From Curvularia clavata (lineage: Eukaryota), in contig CP089280.1 in assembly GCA_023920165.1 (NCBI GenBank), positions 1,426,001-1,490,000 of the forward strand: a stretch of DNA of 64,000 nt, in the 5' to 3' direction. The notes beneath the pieces are model-generated. The model saw nothing but the letters and a program-made list of their open reading frames with translations, made no database searches and had not been told where the DNA came from. Shown here in pieces: positions 23,322 to 34,591 of the stretch (the stretch's first letter is position 1; each line of letters begins with the position of its first letter). A program made the position numbers and the translations under genes.

Positions 23322-26040
23322 CTACTCTACAGGATCCTCCTCCAGCAACACCTTGAAGCTAAACGGCTCAAACGGCACACCGTCACCAATGAAATGCTTG
23401 CTCATGGCCTCGACCCAGTGCAGACGCAGGGAGTGCAACATGGCACTAGTACCCTCCATGACACACAACACTGCGACTGTGAGTGCGAACCAGAAGTAGA
23501 ACACAAAGACCATGACAAAAGCACCCGCAACACCTGTAAAGGCAAATGCGTTCTTCATGGTCATTTCCCAGAGCACAATGGAGAGACGCTGATGGGCAAG
23601 AGACAGAGCCCAGAGACGGAGGTAGGAGGCAGTGTGCGAAACGCAGTTGAGACAGAATTCTAGTTTCTCAGTGTCAGTAAACATGTTGCTTAAACTTTAG
23701 AAAAACACTTTCAAACTTACCAATCGTGTGAATGACCTGGTGGATCATGACTTCACTGAATTCAAATTCTTCGTGCTCCTCGCCGTGGCCAATGTCCTGC
23801 GTAATCATAGCAATGCCATCGTCATCATCTCCAAAGCTCTCACGACCGCCGTTCAAAGGACGACCATCTTCCTCATCATCGTCATTGTCCAAAGCGCTGA
23901 CGCGAGAGCTCTCACCAATACCACGGTAGCCCAGAGCGCGCGCCCGGTTGTGCTCGTAGCGAAGCCAGAAGGGCTTCAGGAACAACATGACAGGAACGCA
24001 GGCAAGAGCCAACAGCAACAGCACAACTTGGAGGAAGGCTTGGCCGGAGTAGAGCGGCTTGGTACCAGCCTCAAGCGTACCAGGGCTCAAGAACATGTAA
24101 ATCAACATGTTCAGCAAACTGGGCGGGCTTTCGCCACGCGCATTCCAGTCGACGCACCACTTGTACACAATCGTGAAGGACAGGTAACCGAAGATGGACT
24201 GGAAGAAGATCATACCAGGGATGAAGTTGCCCCAAATATCAATCTTGGACTTGAAGTAGCGTGCGTTGACGAGCGACCACATGAGCGAGAATGTCATGTG
24301 GCACCAACCAAGCAAGATACTGAGCTTCATCTTGTAGCTGTTGGAAAAGAGCAAGTCGTTCTCGGTATCGTGCCAGCGGTAATCCAGACCGAATGGGTAC
24401 GTGTAACCTTCAACGCGGGATGCCGTTGGGCCCTTGCCGTCGTTGTCCCATACCCACATTGACTTGAACCAGGGCAGGCCAAGAGAGAACGCATCGCAGT
24501 AGAGAAGACCAGTGTAGATAGAGAAAATACCCATCATGAAAACAATGTAGCGACCGTAAAACATCATAGAGAACAGCTCGTCAAGCTTGCTGCGCTCGAG
24601 TCGCTTTTCATAGTGGATCATAGCGAGAGCTGCAAGAGTAAGGATAACACCGTGTCCGGCGTCACCAAACATGACAGCGAACATGAATGGGAAGGTGACA
24701 ATGGCTGGCAGAGCAGGGTTGACTTCACGGTACTTGATGGTTCCGTAAGCATCGATGATGGTCTGGAAGCCAACAGTAAATCTGTTCGACTTGAAGTACG
24801 TTGGCGGGGTTTTGGACGTTTTGATTTGGTTGACGATAGTTGGGACCGAGAGTCCAGCGCGCTCGTTAACATCAGACAAGGTCGACTTGATCAATCCGAG
24901 TGAGTTGGTAGGTGCCCAGGCCTCTGCGATGAGCGTCTTGCGTTGGTGGTCGTATGAAAACCTGTTCAGCGTCTCGTACGTAGCCTTCTCTTTCTTGATG
25001 ACAACCATCCATGCCGCGAGGTTTTTTCCTATCGCAGACAACTCAGCATCCAATGTAGACTTTGTGTTCTTCAGGACGCTAGCCAGGTCACTCAAACGAG
25101 TGTTGACTTCGCGGATCTGATCACGACGCAGCTCGCTGTTCTCATCCACGCTGTACAGATCAGCACCAAGCGACTCCGAGATCTTGCGAATCTTGGCGAT
25201 GATCTCCTTGCCATGAGCAAAGATGATGAAGACATTCTTGCTAGTCTCCTCGTTGGTCTCGGGGTTGATGATGGGCTCGGGAATCTCCGACTGGTTCATG
25301 TACAGGTTACCGCGGAGGGTACGCCACAGGATGCGTTCGAAGGCGGCAATGCGTTCGCGGGGAATGACACCAGCCACGAAACCGATGTTCATGACGGTGA
25401 AGGAGCGCTCCGCGCCCGACTCGCCCTGTCCATTCTGCTCAACATCCTGGAGTAGTGGCGCGTCGTCGTCGTCGACAGATTGCCTGATTTCCTCGGTTTG
25501 GCCGCGCGCCCTATCGAAAAAGCCACCAGCCTCTCTCAGCACCCAACGCCACTCTGTGAGCTCCACTTCGCGTTTCTTCAGTGTCTCGTAGCTCTCGTTT
25601 AGCGACGAGATCCTCTGCTCCAAGCTCTGGCTCTTGTCCGCGAGTTCGTCGATTTCCGAAGCCGAGGGCGCCGTGAAAGGATTGTTGAAGTCGTAGATGG
25701 AGCGCATCGGAATATTGGATTTCTCCATCTGACTGCGAAAATATCGAAGCTGTCGCTCTACATTGTCGAGACGGCGAATCTCCTGGGTGAAGGTGCGCTG
25801 GAAAGCTGTCGTCTCAGAGTTGAGCTGTCGTCTCTCGTTAGCTCGGTACTCCATCGCATCCCCATCCAAAAAGTACACCAGAAGCTGCAGAACACGTCCA
25901 GGAGGACTTACATCTCGAAAATCCATGACTCCAAGCTCTCCAAGGGCAGAGACGACCTCACGACCGATCTCATTGGCGATGTAGAGCTGGGTCAGGGACA
26001 TGTCCGCGGAGCGGAACATGGTGTCCTTGGTGGGCGCCAT
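23322..26040 (-). CDS. VPH1: V-type H+-ATPase V0 subunit a; introns approx. 25911-25825 and 23720-23660
   Basis: [13 protein letters not shown] start, [49 protein letters not shown] (essential Arg) and [10 protein letters not shown]. Confidence 0.96.
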
Positions 26041-26935
26041 GATGGCGGCGAGAGAGAGACAAGACTTCGAGAAGGGGTGCTTGTCTCGGGGGTTGATGGG
26101 TGGACGCGATATGCAAGGTGGTGGTTGATGGAGAGCTGCCTCGGACGCCTGCGATGATGCGGCGAACCAGGTGCTTAGCGCCTTGCTGCGCGCCAAGCCT
26201 CACTATTGATGTCACTTGTTTTTTTGGGACCATGCATCTCACGTGTTTCATTCCCAGTCAGCCAACATCACAGTACAGTGACACATTATTTTCTCATCTT
26301 TACAGATGTGTTGCTATGAGCTGTCTCAATTGATCTAGACAAATGTCGCATGTAGAAGGCAAATCATACACAGACGTGCGCCTGCTCCATACTACGATAC
26401 TTGGGTACACCGCTATACACTAACATGATACAGTGGATAACAAGTCAGTACTCAAAGCAGATGAATCAAACGGTCAGAAACCAAAAGAACGCTTGATTAG
26501 GACATTGAAGAAGCATTCCAAAAGAACGAAAGCCACCGTGCAACTCAAACCACAAAACGCACGACGCAGAACACCATGCATACATAAGACAGTCGTTTCT
26601 TGGAAGTGGAAGATTTTGAGTTGAGAGAAAAAATGAAAACAAGATGCCCGAAGCAAGAATAGAAGTGAGAGAGAAGAAAAAGAACAAAAAAACCCAGGTT
26701 CAGCCTCCCAACAAGTATGATATTGAGTTTTGAAAGCCGCTCGCTGTCGTCAAGAGTGGATAACTAAGATGCGCTGTGGAAACGTACTTCGTCCAGAAAA
26801 TACCAGGTATCGTAACCAAAATTCAGATACGCCGTGCTCGATTGCAAAGAAGGAAATTGGATGTTAGTAAGCAACCTGTGTGCAATGCAAGGTGATAGGC
26901 CCCAGCAGACGCAGGGGAGAGGGGGAGATGATCAT

Positions 26936-29071
26936 CTATTGTTGAGGATAGTAGGCCGCTGGCTGCATTTGCTGTGGGTAATAGTAGGCACCATCGGGTC
27001 CTGGCGTCATCATACCGCCCATGCCTGGGACAGCATAGTTGGGCTGGGCATAATTCTCCGCCGGTGGAGCCGCATAGAGTTGGGTCGAATCTACGTAGTA
27101 GGTCATACCATTGGACTCATAGGCGACCATGTTGGGTTGACCGGCAGGAGCTGGAGGAGCAGCAACAGGAGGAGCAGACACCGGCATAACGTAGCCTGGT
27201 TGTTGTGCTCCAGGAACGAACATGGGAACCATGCCCGCTGGAGCCATGTATTGTGGTTGAGCACCATTTTGCGGGTAGTAGTAGCCTTGCGGGACGAATG
27301 CTTGCGGCTGGAAGCCGGGCTGGGCATAAGGCTGGAACGCTGGTGCGTGAATAGCCCGCTCTGGAATGTTATTGAGTGGAGTTCCCGTAGATACTTGGCT
27401 GGGGTAAGACGGGTGGCGTCCATGCTGATAGAATGACTGCTCAGGGACAGGGGCAGGAGCAGCTCCGTTAATATGTGCGGGCACTTGCTGGTGGAACGGC
27501 TGCTGTTCTTGCTGTTGAGGAGGGTTGAAACTCAGCGACGCTGGCGACTCGATGCCAGCGACAGATACAGTCTTTTGTGGACGTGGTTGATGCATAGGGA
27601 GTTGGCCCTGCCAGTTTTCCCGGAAAGCCGGCTTCTGTGGAAGGGGATAAGGAGGCTGGACAGCACCGTTTGTAGGCGAGATCATGGGAGGTCCGGTTGA
27701 CATTCTAGGTCCTCCAGGTGGAAGACGTACCACCGGACGACTAGGGTCAACGAATCCGCCATTACGTGACATGATGGAGCCAGCGGGAGAGACCAGGTTT
27801 TCGCGGCCTATCTCGCGTGCAATGGATGACCGCCTGCTCATCGCTACGCTCGGCGAGTACACACTACCTCCGTAGGCGCTCGTACGCCTGCTTGAGAAGC
27901 CTCCGCCAAAAGACCCGAATCGACCGCGTCCCCGACCGAAACCCTGCTGGTTGGGTCGAAGTGCCCGCGGAATGAAAATGAAGGAGCGTTCAACCGTCGG
28001 GAAGATGTAGCGCGGTGGAGCAGGAGGGAGTGATATACGGACCGGCTTGTCACGACGTAGGGGTGGTCTGTGATTTGGAAGGCGAGTATGTTGTTTGATA
28101 GGAACGTTCTGGAATTGGATAGGGTTCTTCATGTTTGGTAAGAATACCCGGACCATTGCATTGTGTGTGTGCACCGTGGTGGAGAAGTTGCGAGCCTGAG
28201 AAGGCTTCTGGTTGGAACCCGGAGGTACCCGTGAGGCAAAGATGGGCGCGTTCGATGGATGCTGCTGAGACACAGCTGAAGGCGGGCCAGGTTGCTCGAG
28301 GGCGCCCGGTGCATTGACGGTTTCGTGAAGGTCATGCTGCCAGGGCGAGTCGGTAGCCTCTGGAGGCTGTGGTCTCATACTGTAATGTATGTTAGTGTTG
28401 TATCCAAACTTCATTCTCCACACCTGTACGTACTTTGCTGGAGAGAAGGGACCCCCAATGGGGGCACCCCTCCCCCGTCCACGTCCAGCAGCCCTGAACC
28501 CATTCTGGCCAGGAGCATGCCGTTGGTCGTGCATGAAGAAGGCCCCGCGATTGGGAATGAAAGCGGGATCGGAATCGCGTTTCTTCTTGTATTCCTCGTG
28601 TTCCCGCCGCCGGCGCTCTGCCAGCGTCTCTGTCCGCGAAGAAGACACACCGACCGCTGGCGCTGCTTCTGTAGCCGGTGTGCCAGTCTCAAAATCAACC
28701 TCTTCAGCCTCTTTTCCATCTTCGCCAATCTGGAGTCCATTCATCATGATTTCCGTCTCCTTCAGCGTTGAGAAAGCGACATCCGAACGAGCAATGGGAG
28801 GAGAGGGTTGCCGCTGGCTGGCATTCTGTCGAGACTTTGCATCACGCGAGCCATTTGATTTGCGCTTTGGCTTTCCTTGGGTCAGCGATGGGGCACTGTC
28901 AACCTCACTGAGGTCGCTGTTGTCTGCATCGGCGTCCTCGTCAACATCGCTGAGCAGCGAGGCGTCGCTCTGGGAGTCGTCGGCCAAGGTCGCCACCGAC
29001 TGGCTCTCATCTTCATCATCTGTTCGCCTGCGACGCGCAATGTTGGTGGTCCTCTTGCGTGCGGGAGCCAT
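26936..29071 (-). CDS. Btz/CASC3 (Barentsz)-domain protein, exon-junction-complex associated; intron 28433-28380
   Basis: Btz/SELOR signature YKKKRDSDPAFIPNRGAFFMHDQR...WQHDLHE, RGG boxes and a Pro/Gln/Tyr-rich C-terminus. Confidence 0.82.
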   Translation of the reverse strand: MAPARKRTTNIARRRRTDDEDESQSVATLADDSQSDASLLSDVDEDADADNSDLSEVDSAPSLTQGKPKRKSNGSRDAKSRQNASQRQPSPPIARSDVAFSTLKETEIMMNGLQIGEDGKEAEEVDFETGTPATEAAPAVGVSSSRTETLAERRRREHEEYKKKRDSDPAFIPNRGAFFMHDQRHAPGQNGFRAAGRGRGRGAPIGGPFSPAKYVQVWRMKFGYNTNIHYSMRPQPPEATDSPWQHDLHETVNAPGALEQPGPPSAVSQQHPSNAPIFASRVPPGSNQKPSQARNFSTTVHTHNAMVRVFLPNMKNPIQFQNVPIKQHTRLPNHRPPLRRDKPVRISLPPAPPRYIFPTVERSFIFIPRALRPNQQGFGRGRGRFGSFGGGFSSRRTSAYGGSVYSPSVAMSRRSSIAREIGRENLVSPAGSIMSRNGGFVDPSRPVVRLPPGGPRMSTGPPMISPTNGAVQPPYPLPQKPAFRENWQGQLPMHQPRPQKTVSVAGIESPASLSFNPPQQQEQQPFHQQVPAHINGAAPAPVPEQSFYQHGRHPSYPSQVSTGTPLNNIPERAIHAPAFQPYAQPGFQPQAFVPQGYYYPQNGAQPQYMAPAGMVPMFVPGAQQPGYVMPVSAPPVAAPPAPAGQPNMVAYESNGMTYYVDSTQLYAAPPAENYAQPNYAVPGMGGMMTPGPDGAYYYPQQMQPAAYYPQQ

Positions 29072-29968
29072 GGTTGCGGGGGTCTGGATAGTGGCGGAGG
29101 TTGAGGGCGCGATGGAGTCGGCGTGGGGTGGTCCTAGGTCGGCTCGTGAACGGCGAAGTGATGAGGCGACTGCGGGAGGCGTCCGGAAGAAGAATCCGGC
29201 TGCGTAGAAAGCACCGAGAATGCGAACCGGGCAGGTGCAGCGATTGCGGTCGTGATGGAGCGGGATTGAGTGTTGGCGTGAGGGCTGGGATGGTTCGGTG
29301 GGTGGTGTCTGATGCCTGAGAAAATGCCTATGACGGAGCTTGCCGTGCGGGAACGACTGGTCGCGGAACCGGTTGCTGCGCGCTACTCCACATCGACAAC
29401 ACAGCGGCTGAGACAAGGGTAAGTCGTCAACAGCAGCCGCCTAGTGTGTTTACAACTACCATTTGCTGTGTCGCTGTAAAGGAGTCAGGCTATCCCGCCA
29501 AGACAATTGCTTTTGCTCCGTGGAAGCTTCTGTATGGCCGGAACATGGCCGTGACCGGATCTTGTCGAGCCCGACTTGAATGTATCATCCACGCCATCAC
29601 TAGTCATTGCACACATGTGAATACATAGATGAACATTTTTTTAAATACTAGCTACTCACACTGATCGCATAGACCATTCCTACCCATGTCCAGTCAGGAT
29701 CCTGTCCAGCGCCGCTCAAATGCTACCCACTGAATGCTATGACAAACGCCTGTAAATGCCTCGAGTCCTGCAAAAATGGACAGCTCGATCGCCCGGGGTA
29801 TGCATGCAGATGCTCAAATCGTAATGAAAATAAAACATGAAAAGTGAAGCAGACGCTCTTATTGTACAAGCCCACCTTCTTCTCAGCAAATCATTCGGCG
29901 ATCCAAGCTGAAGATGAGGCGGGCAATCATAGAAAAACAGTATTCGGTTGAAAGAAAGAAAGAAAGAA

Positions 29969-32900
29969 TCATTGGTTCAGGTCGTGGATGTAGGTGCAGT
30001 TATCGCCCTTGTTGCATTGGCCCTTCGAGTAGAACTTGCATGCGAGAACTTTGTGAGGTTTGTGGTCCCCTCGGTTTTTAGGCCGCTTTCCTTGGTTGCG
30101 ATCGTTGCTGCCATTGCTCTCATCACGCTGCCGCTTGGTTCCGGCATTGGGTTGCTGGTTGTACTGAGCTTGTGTCTGAGATTGATATTGAGCAGAGTCA
30201 GGCATCGGCTGAGACCATGCGGTGGCATCAGGTTGCTGAGGCTGGGGTGGAAACGCAAAAGGAAATGGAGGGAATCCAGTCGGTAGTGGAGGAGGAGGCG
30301 GAAGAGCGCCCCCAGTCGCTGCCTGCATGTTGGCGATTAGGGCAGCAATATCAAGAGGCATGCTGGGTTGTTGGGGTGGGTTCTGCATGGGAAATGATGC
30401 AGGCGGAGCAACTGGAGGAGGCTGGCCATTACTGAGGGAATTGAGGAGATTTTGAAGATTGGTAGTGTCCAATGGAGGAGGAGCTGTGGAGGCAGGCGGC
30501 GGCGGCGGAGTGTACGTGTTCGCGATCGGAGCCGTCGGGGTGGAGGAAGTGACTGGGGGCTGATTGGTGGCCGAAAGCTGTTTGATGATATTTTCCAATT
30601 GACTAAAGTCTGGTACAGTCGCAGGTGCCGGCGTCTGGGGGCACTTCTTCAGCACAGACTCTGGGGGTGGTCCAAAGGTGACAACAGCAGCAGTAGATGA
30701 TTCCTCTTGAGCCTGCTCGACAGGCTCTTTTGGAGACGGCGGAATGTCGTCATTGCTAGAATAGTAGACCATCAATGTGGCATTCTCACGCTGCACGTTA
30801 GCCTCCTTCTCGGGGCATGTTGGTTGCAGCAACCCTCCTCCGTACGGCGCGTAGTTTCGTTGGCGTTCTTCGGGGTGTACAACACTGAAGTCAATCTCGG
30901 ATGGTGGTGCCCAGGATCTCGCTTCGCCGTCCCATTCCTCGTCGTCATCGTCCAGGTCAAGTTCTTTGTGCTGCTTGAACATGTGACCCTCCCCGCTAAG
31001 ATCTCCGGCGTCCCGAACCAGGTGATGTTCTTTGTGATTCATCTCTTCATCGTCGGCCTCGTGATCAAAGTACTTGATTTCTACCAATGATGTGTCGGGA
31101 CGCCAGGTTACACGCAGATGTCGACGAGACTCCTTGCGAAGTCGTTTGGCCTTTTCCTCTTCGGTTTCCACTGGTACGGGTTTCTCGGATTTCGTAGGAG
31201 CTGTTTCCTGCTCCTTGGGTTTTTGGAGTGAGGCCATTGTCTGGGCGAATGAGAAGGAGGGCTTTGCCGCGGGTGTTGCCACAACCTTCTTCTCCTTCGC
31301 CAACGTGGCAGCGCCTTTGGCCGACGCAGTGCCCTTTCCACCAGCTGCAGTAGCCGATACCGGTGCTGTCTTCTTGCTGGCTGCATTGAGAGAGGCAAAA
31401 ATGCCCGATGGCTTATTGGTGACCTGGCTAACACGCGTTTTCACCGGCGCTGGTGCTGATCCCGTCTTCTCACCAGGGCGCTTTTGCGTGGTTGCAGCAG
31501 AAGCAGTTGCCACCTTCGAACCTGGCGTTGTTGAAGTGTTCTTGGAAGCGGGAGTGGCGGCATCAGAGGCTTTTGGCTTTTTCAAAGTTGTCTCATTTGT
31601 TGGACGGCTTGCAGCGTCAGACGCCGGCCGCTTAACGCCCTTCCCATCTGCCGCCTCAGCCTTTGGTGGAGGGCTTGCCTTGGCCTTCTTGGAGTTGGCC
31701 GCAGCGCTATCCATCACTTGCTGAATGAAATTCTTGTGCTTTTCATTTGCGTGTTTCTTCATGGACGCAAGAGCTTTGATCAGCTTAGTCTCTTCGAGGA
31801 GCTCAGAAGTCAGTGTGCCGCATCGCGAGAGTACCTCGTAGATGACAGCAGATAATGGTCCATCGTAATCTTTACTATGAAATCGGTTTGCCAGAAACTG
31901 GTAGCACAGATACAGGAACGGCTTGATCTGCCCCAGCTGGTAGAGCACATCAGGGTGCGCAGATTGCAGCGCAGCCTCGAGAGCAGATTTGAGCAAGTCA
32001 CGCTGGCTTGTGACCCGACTCTTGAGTACTGGCAGCTCACCTGTCTTCTTTTGCTCCTCGGCTTCCGATACAGCTTTACTGTCAGCCCGCCACCGTTTCT
32101 GAATAGTGTTGAGCACCTCCCAGACCTCGCGCATACTAATCTTGATCTTCTCAGAGCTTGGTGAAGATGTGGAAGGGTGCCATGTAGCCTTGACAACATC
32201 ATAGCGAACAGCTGCATCAGGATCCTCTGGTCGCGACGCAGGGATGGGCATCTCCTCTTCTTCATCATCAGAGGAGTCGGTCTCGTAATCTGATGAATCC
32301 GAGGAGCTGCTGTCGCTGGCTTCCCTCCTCAGCTCTGTTTGTTTCTTGGTAGTGGAAAGTGCCTTTGTTTGTGACTTGGAGGCGAGCTGTTTGGCGCGGA
32401 GCTTTTTGCTGTCTGCACCAGCCTTCTTTAGATCCTTGAGGGAATTCCGAGGAACATAGGCTGGGAGTGCGGCTACATACACGTCAGAGGTTATTTCTTG
32501 GGACATCATCATTACTCGTGAATGCTTACTTCTATTTGTCGCCAGATGAAAGGGTTCATTGCCCAGAGTCACGAATTTATTCAATGGAGTAGAATTTGTT
32601 GCTTTTGCCAAAGCAGCCTGATCAATCACATAGAGACCACCTGACTTTCTACCCTTTGGAATTTCCAAATCAGGAATAGGCACTGGCTTCGCATACGAGG
32701 CGGGTGCAGTACGCTGCGCAGTGAATGTTTCTGCAGTAGTCTTGGGTAACTGTATCATGTTAGTTTAAGTTGGTCATTGGGGTGGCAGGGTGAGCTTACT
32801 TGATAGGAGGTTGCTGGAGGAGGGCGAGTATGCTGAACTGGACCGACATCGTGCTGTAGAGCCTGTGGTTGTACGGTACCAACATGGTTCTGAGGGGTCA

Positions 32901-33387
32901 CAGTACGCATTGGCATCTGGTAGGGGGACTGTTGCTGCTGTCGGAGAGCATTGGGGTCCATTCCCAGTGATGGGTCGACGTTTGAGGGCTGGCCATAATT
33001 GGGTATTGAACCTTGCTGACTGAACTGGCCATATTGGTACGGCGACTCTGTGCGTATAGCATGGCTCTGGCCACTATATGGTTGGCCGATGGCGTTGTAG
33101 GGCTGCTGCTGTTGTGGCTGCTGCTGCTGCTGTTGCTGTTGCTGTTGTTGTTGCTGTGGCTGTTGTTGCTGTTGTTGCTGTGGCGGCAGTGCATATGGAC
33201 TGGAGTGCCAGTTCTGTCCAGATGTAGCTGGCGGCAAGGAGGAATGCTGATGGAGCTGAGGATCCCACGACGGCGTGCCATAACGGTCTACAGAAGAAAA
33301 GAGATGCTGGTGGTGGTATGGAGAGTCGGCATAGACAGTGTGGCCTTGGATGGGGCCTTGGTCAGTTGGCACGTGATTGGACGCCAT
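29969..33387 (-). CDS. PNUTS/Ppn1-like PP1 nuclear targeting subunit (TFIIS-N-like region, RVTW motif, C-terminal CCCH zinc finger); intron 32799-32750
   Basis: LLEETKLIKALASMKK helical segment, RRHLRVTWRPDTSLVEIKYF PP1-docking-like motif, Pro-rich region and terminal C-x8-C-x5-C-x3-H (CKFYSKGQCNKGDNCTYIH). Confidence 0.72.
33102..33180 (-). repeat. CAG/CAA trinucleotide repeat encoding a poly-Q tract in the PNUTS-like protein
   Basis: (CTG/TTG)n run on the + strand, encoding QQQQQQQPQQQQQQQQQQQQQPQQQQ. Confidence 0.9.
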
Positions 33388-34591
33388 GATGTGGCGTGTC
33401 TTGTTTGAGGGCGGATGGGATGTCTTGACTAGTCGGCTGTGTCAGCAGTGCAATGCAGGGCTGTGATTGGCTGGAGACGCACAAGTGACTAGAAGCAGCC
33501 AATGAGATTAATTAGACGACGCTGCAGAAAGCACTAGGCGCTAACAAGACTGGCGCAGAGTCACGAGGGTAACAGGATGCCGATTCGGGGTAACGGAAAG
33601 CGGAAAAAAAAGGTCGATAAAAGCACCGGTTTGGGCGGTAGCGCGGTAGTGCTGTGTCCGTCGGCGTGCAGCGCCTCCAGGTTGCTTGCTGTCTGTCCCT
33701 TGGAGTGAAGTGGGTGGCAGCAGGGCAGCCGGCTCTCACAAGGCAGTGCTTGGGTGCTGACTGACGGGCGCGATGCCGTGTCCCCCAGTCCACGAAGCGT
33801 GCGTACGTACGTAGATTTGGTTTTTATGGAGTTGGCACTTTGCCTCGCGTATTATGCGATGAGGAGCACACTTGCTGATGCGTCACTTGACGTTTGGCAC
33901 GCGTGCGCGCGCAACCAGACCTCACTACACGCGGCGGATGAGGCCTGCCAGACGCGCCCCCTGTTCTGTTGCCAACGAGGAGCTGTGGGCCGCCTCGCGC
34001 AAGAGCTCGGCCAGATTCTCTCTGTGATGCGAAGCCTGTCGGGTCCAAAGAACGGAGCTGGATTAGTAGCAGAAGCCGAAGATGATGATGGTCACTCTGC
34101 CTGCCCTCCACAACCGCAAGCCTTTCCCGACAAACGTCGCCGCCTGCCTGAGCGCACACTTCCCCCAAAGCAAGGACTCGAAGATAGAATCTAGCCTTAG
34201 AATCAGATGCCCTTATTAGGTGGGCGAGAGTTCACTGAGAAGTAGCATGAGTGTCAAGACGGAAGAAGGGGGGTTGGTTGTTGTGGGCGAGGTGAGTTGA
34301 AGAGCGACGGAGCGTCGCGAAGGGGCGAGCTCGTTTTGAGAGCCCGCCTGCTCGCCAAGTAGCGCGCCGCGCTAGTCCCAGGCGGGGCAGCCAGCCTGGA
34401 AGCTGCATCACCAAACTCGCTCCTCCCGCCGCAACCACGACGTCCAGGCAATCGCGCCACCGTGGTCTTTGGAGTTTTTCTGGTTCGCTCGTCTGCCTCG
34501 CCGTGCGCCCACTTAAAGAGACTCCAGGGTTTCTCTCCGACGCATGCCCAGGATCTCACACTCGGCGGGTGCCACGACACAGTAACATACC

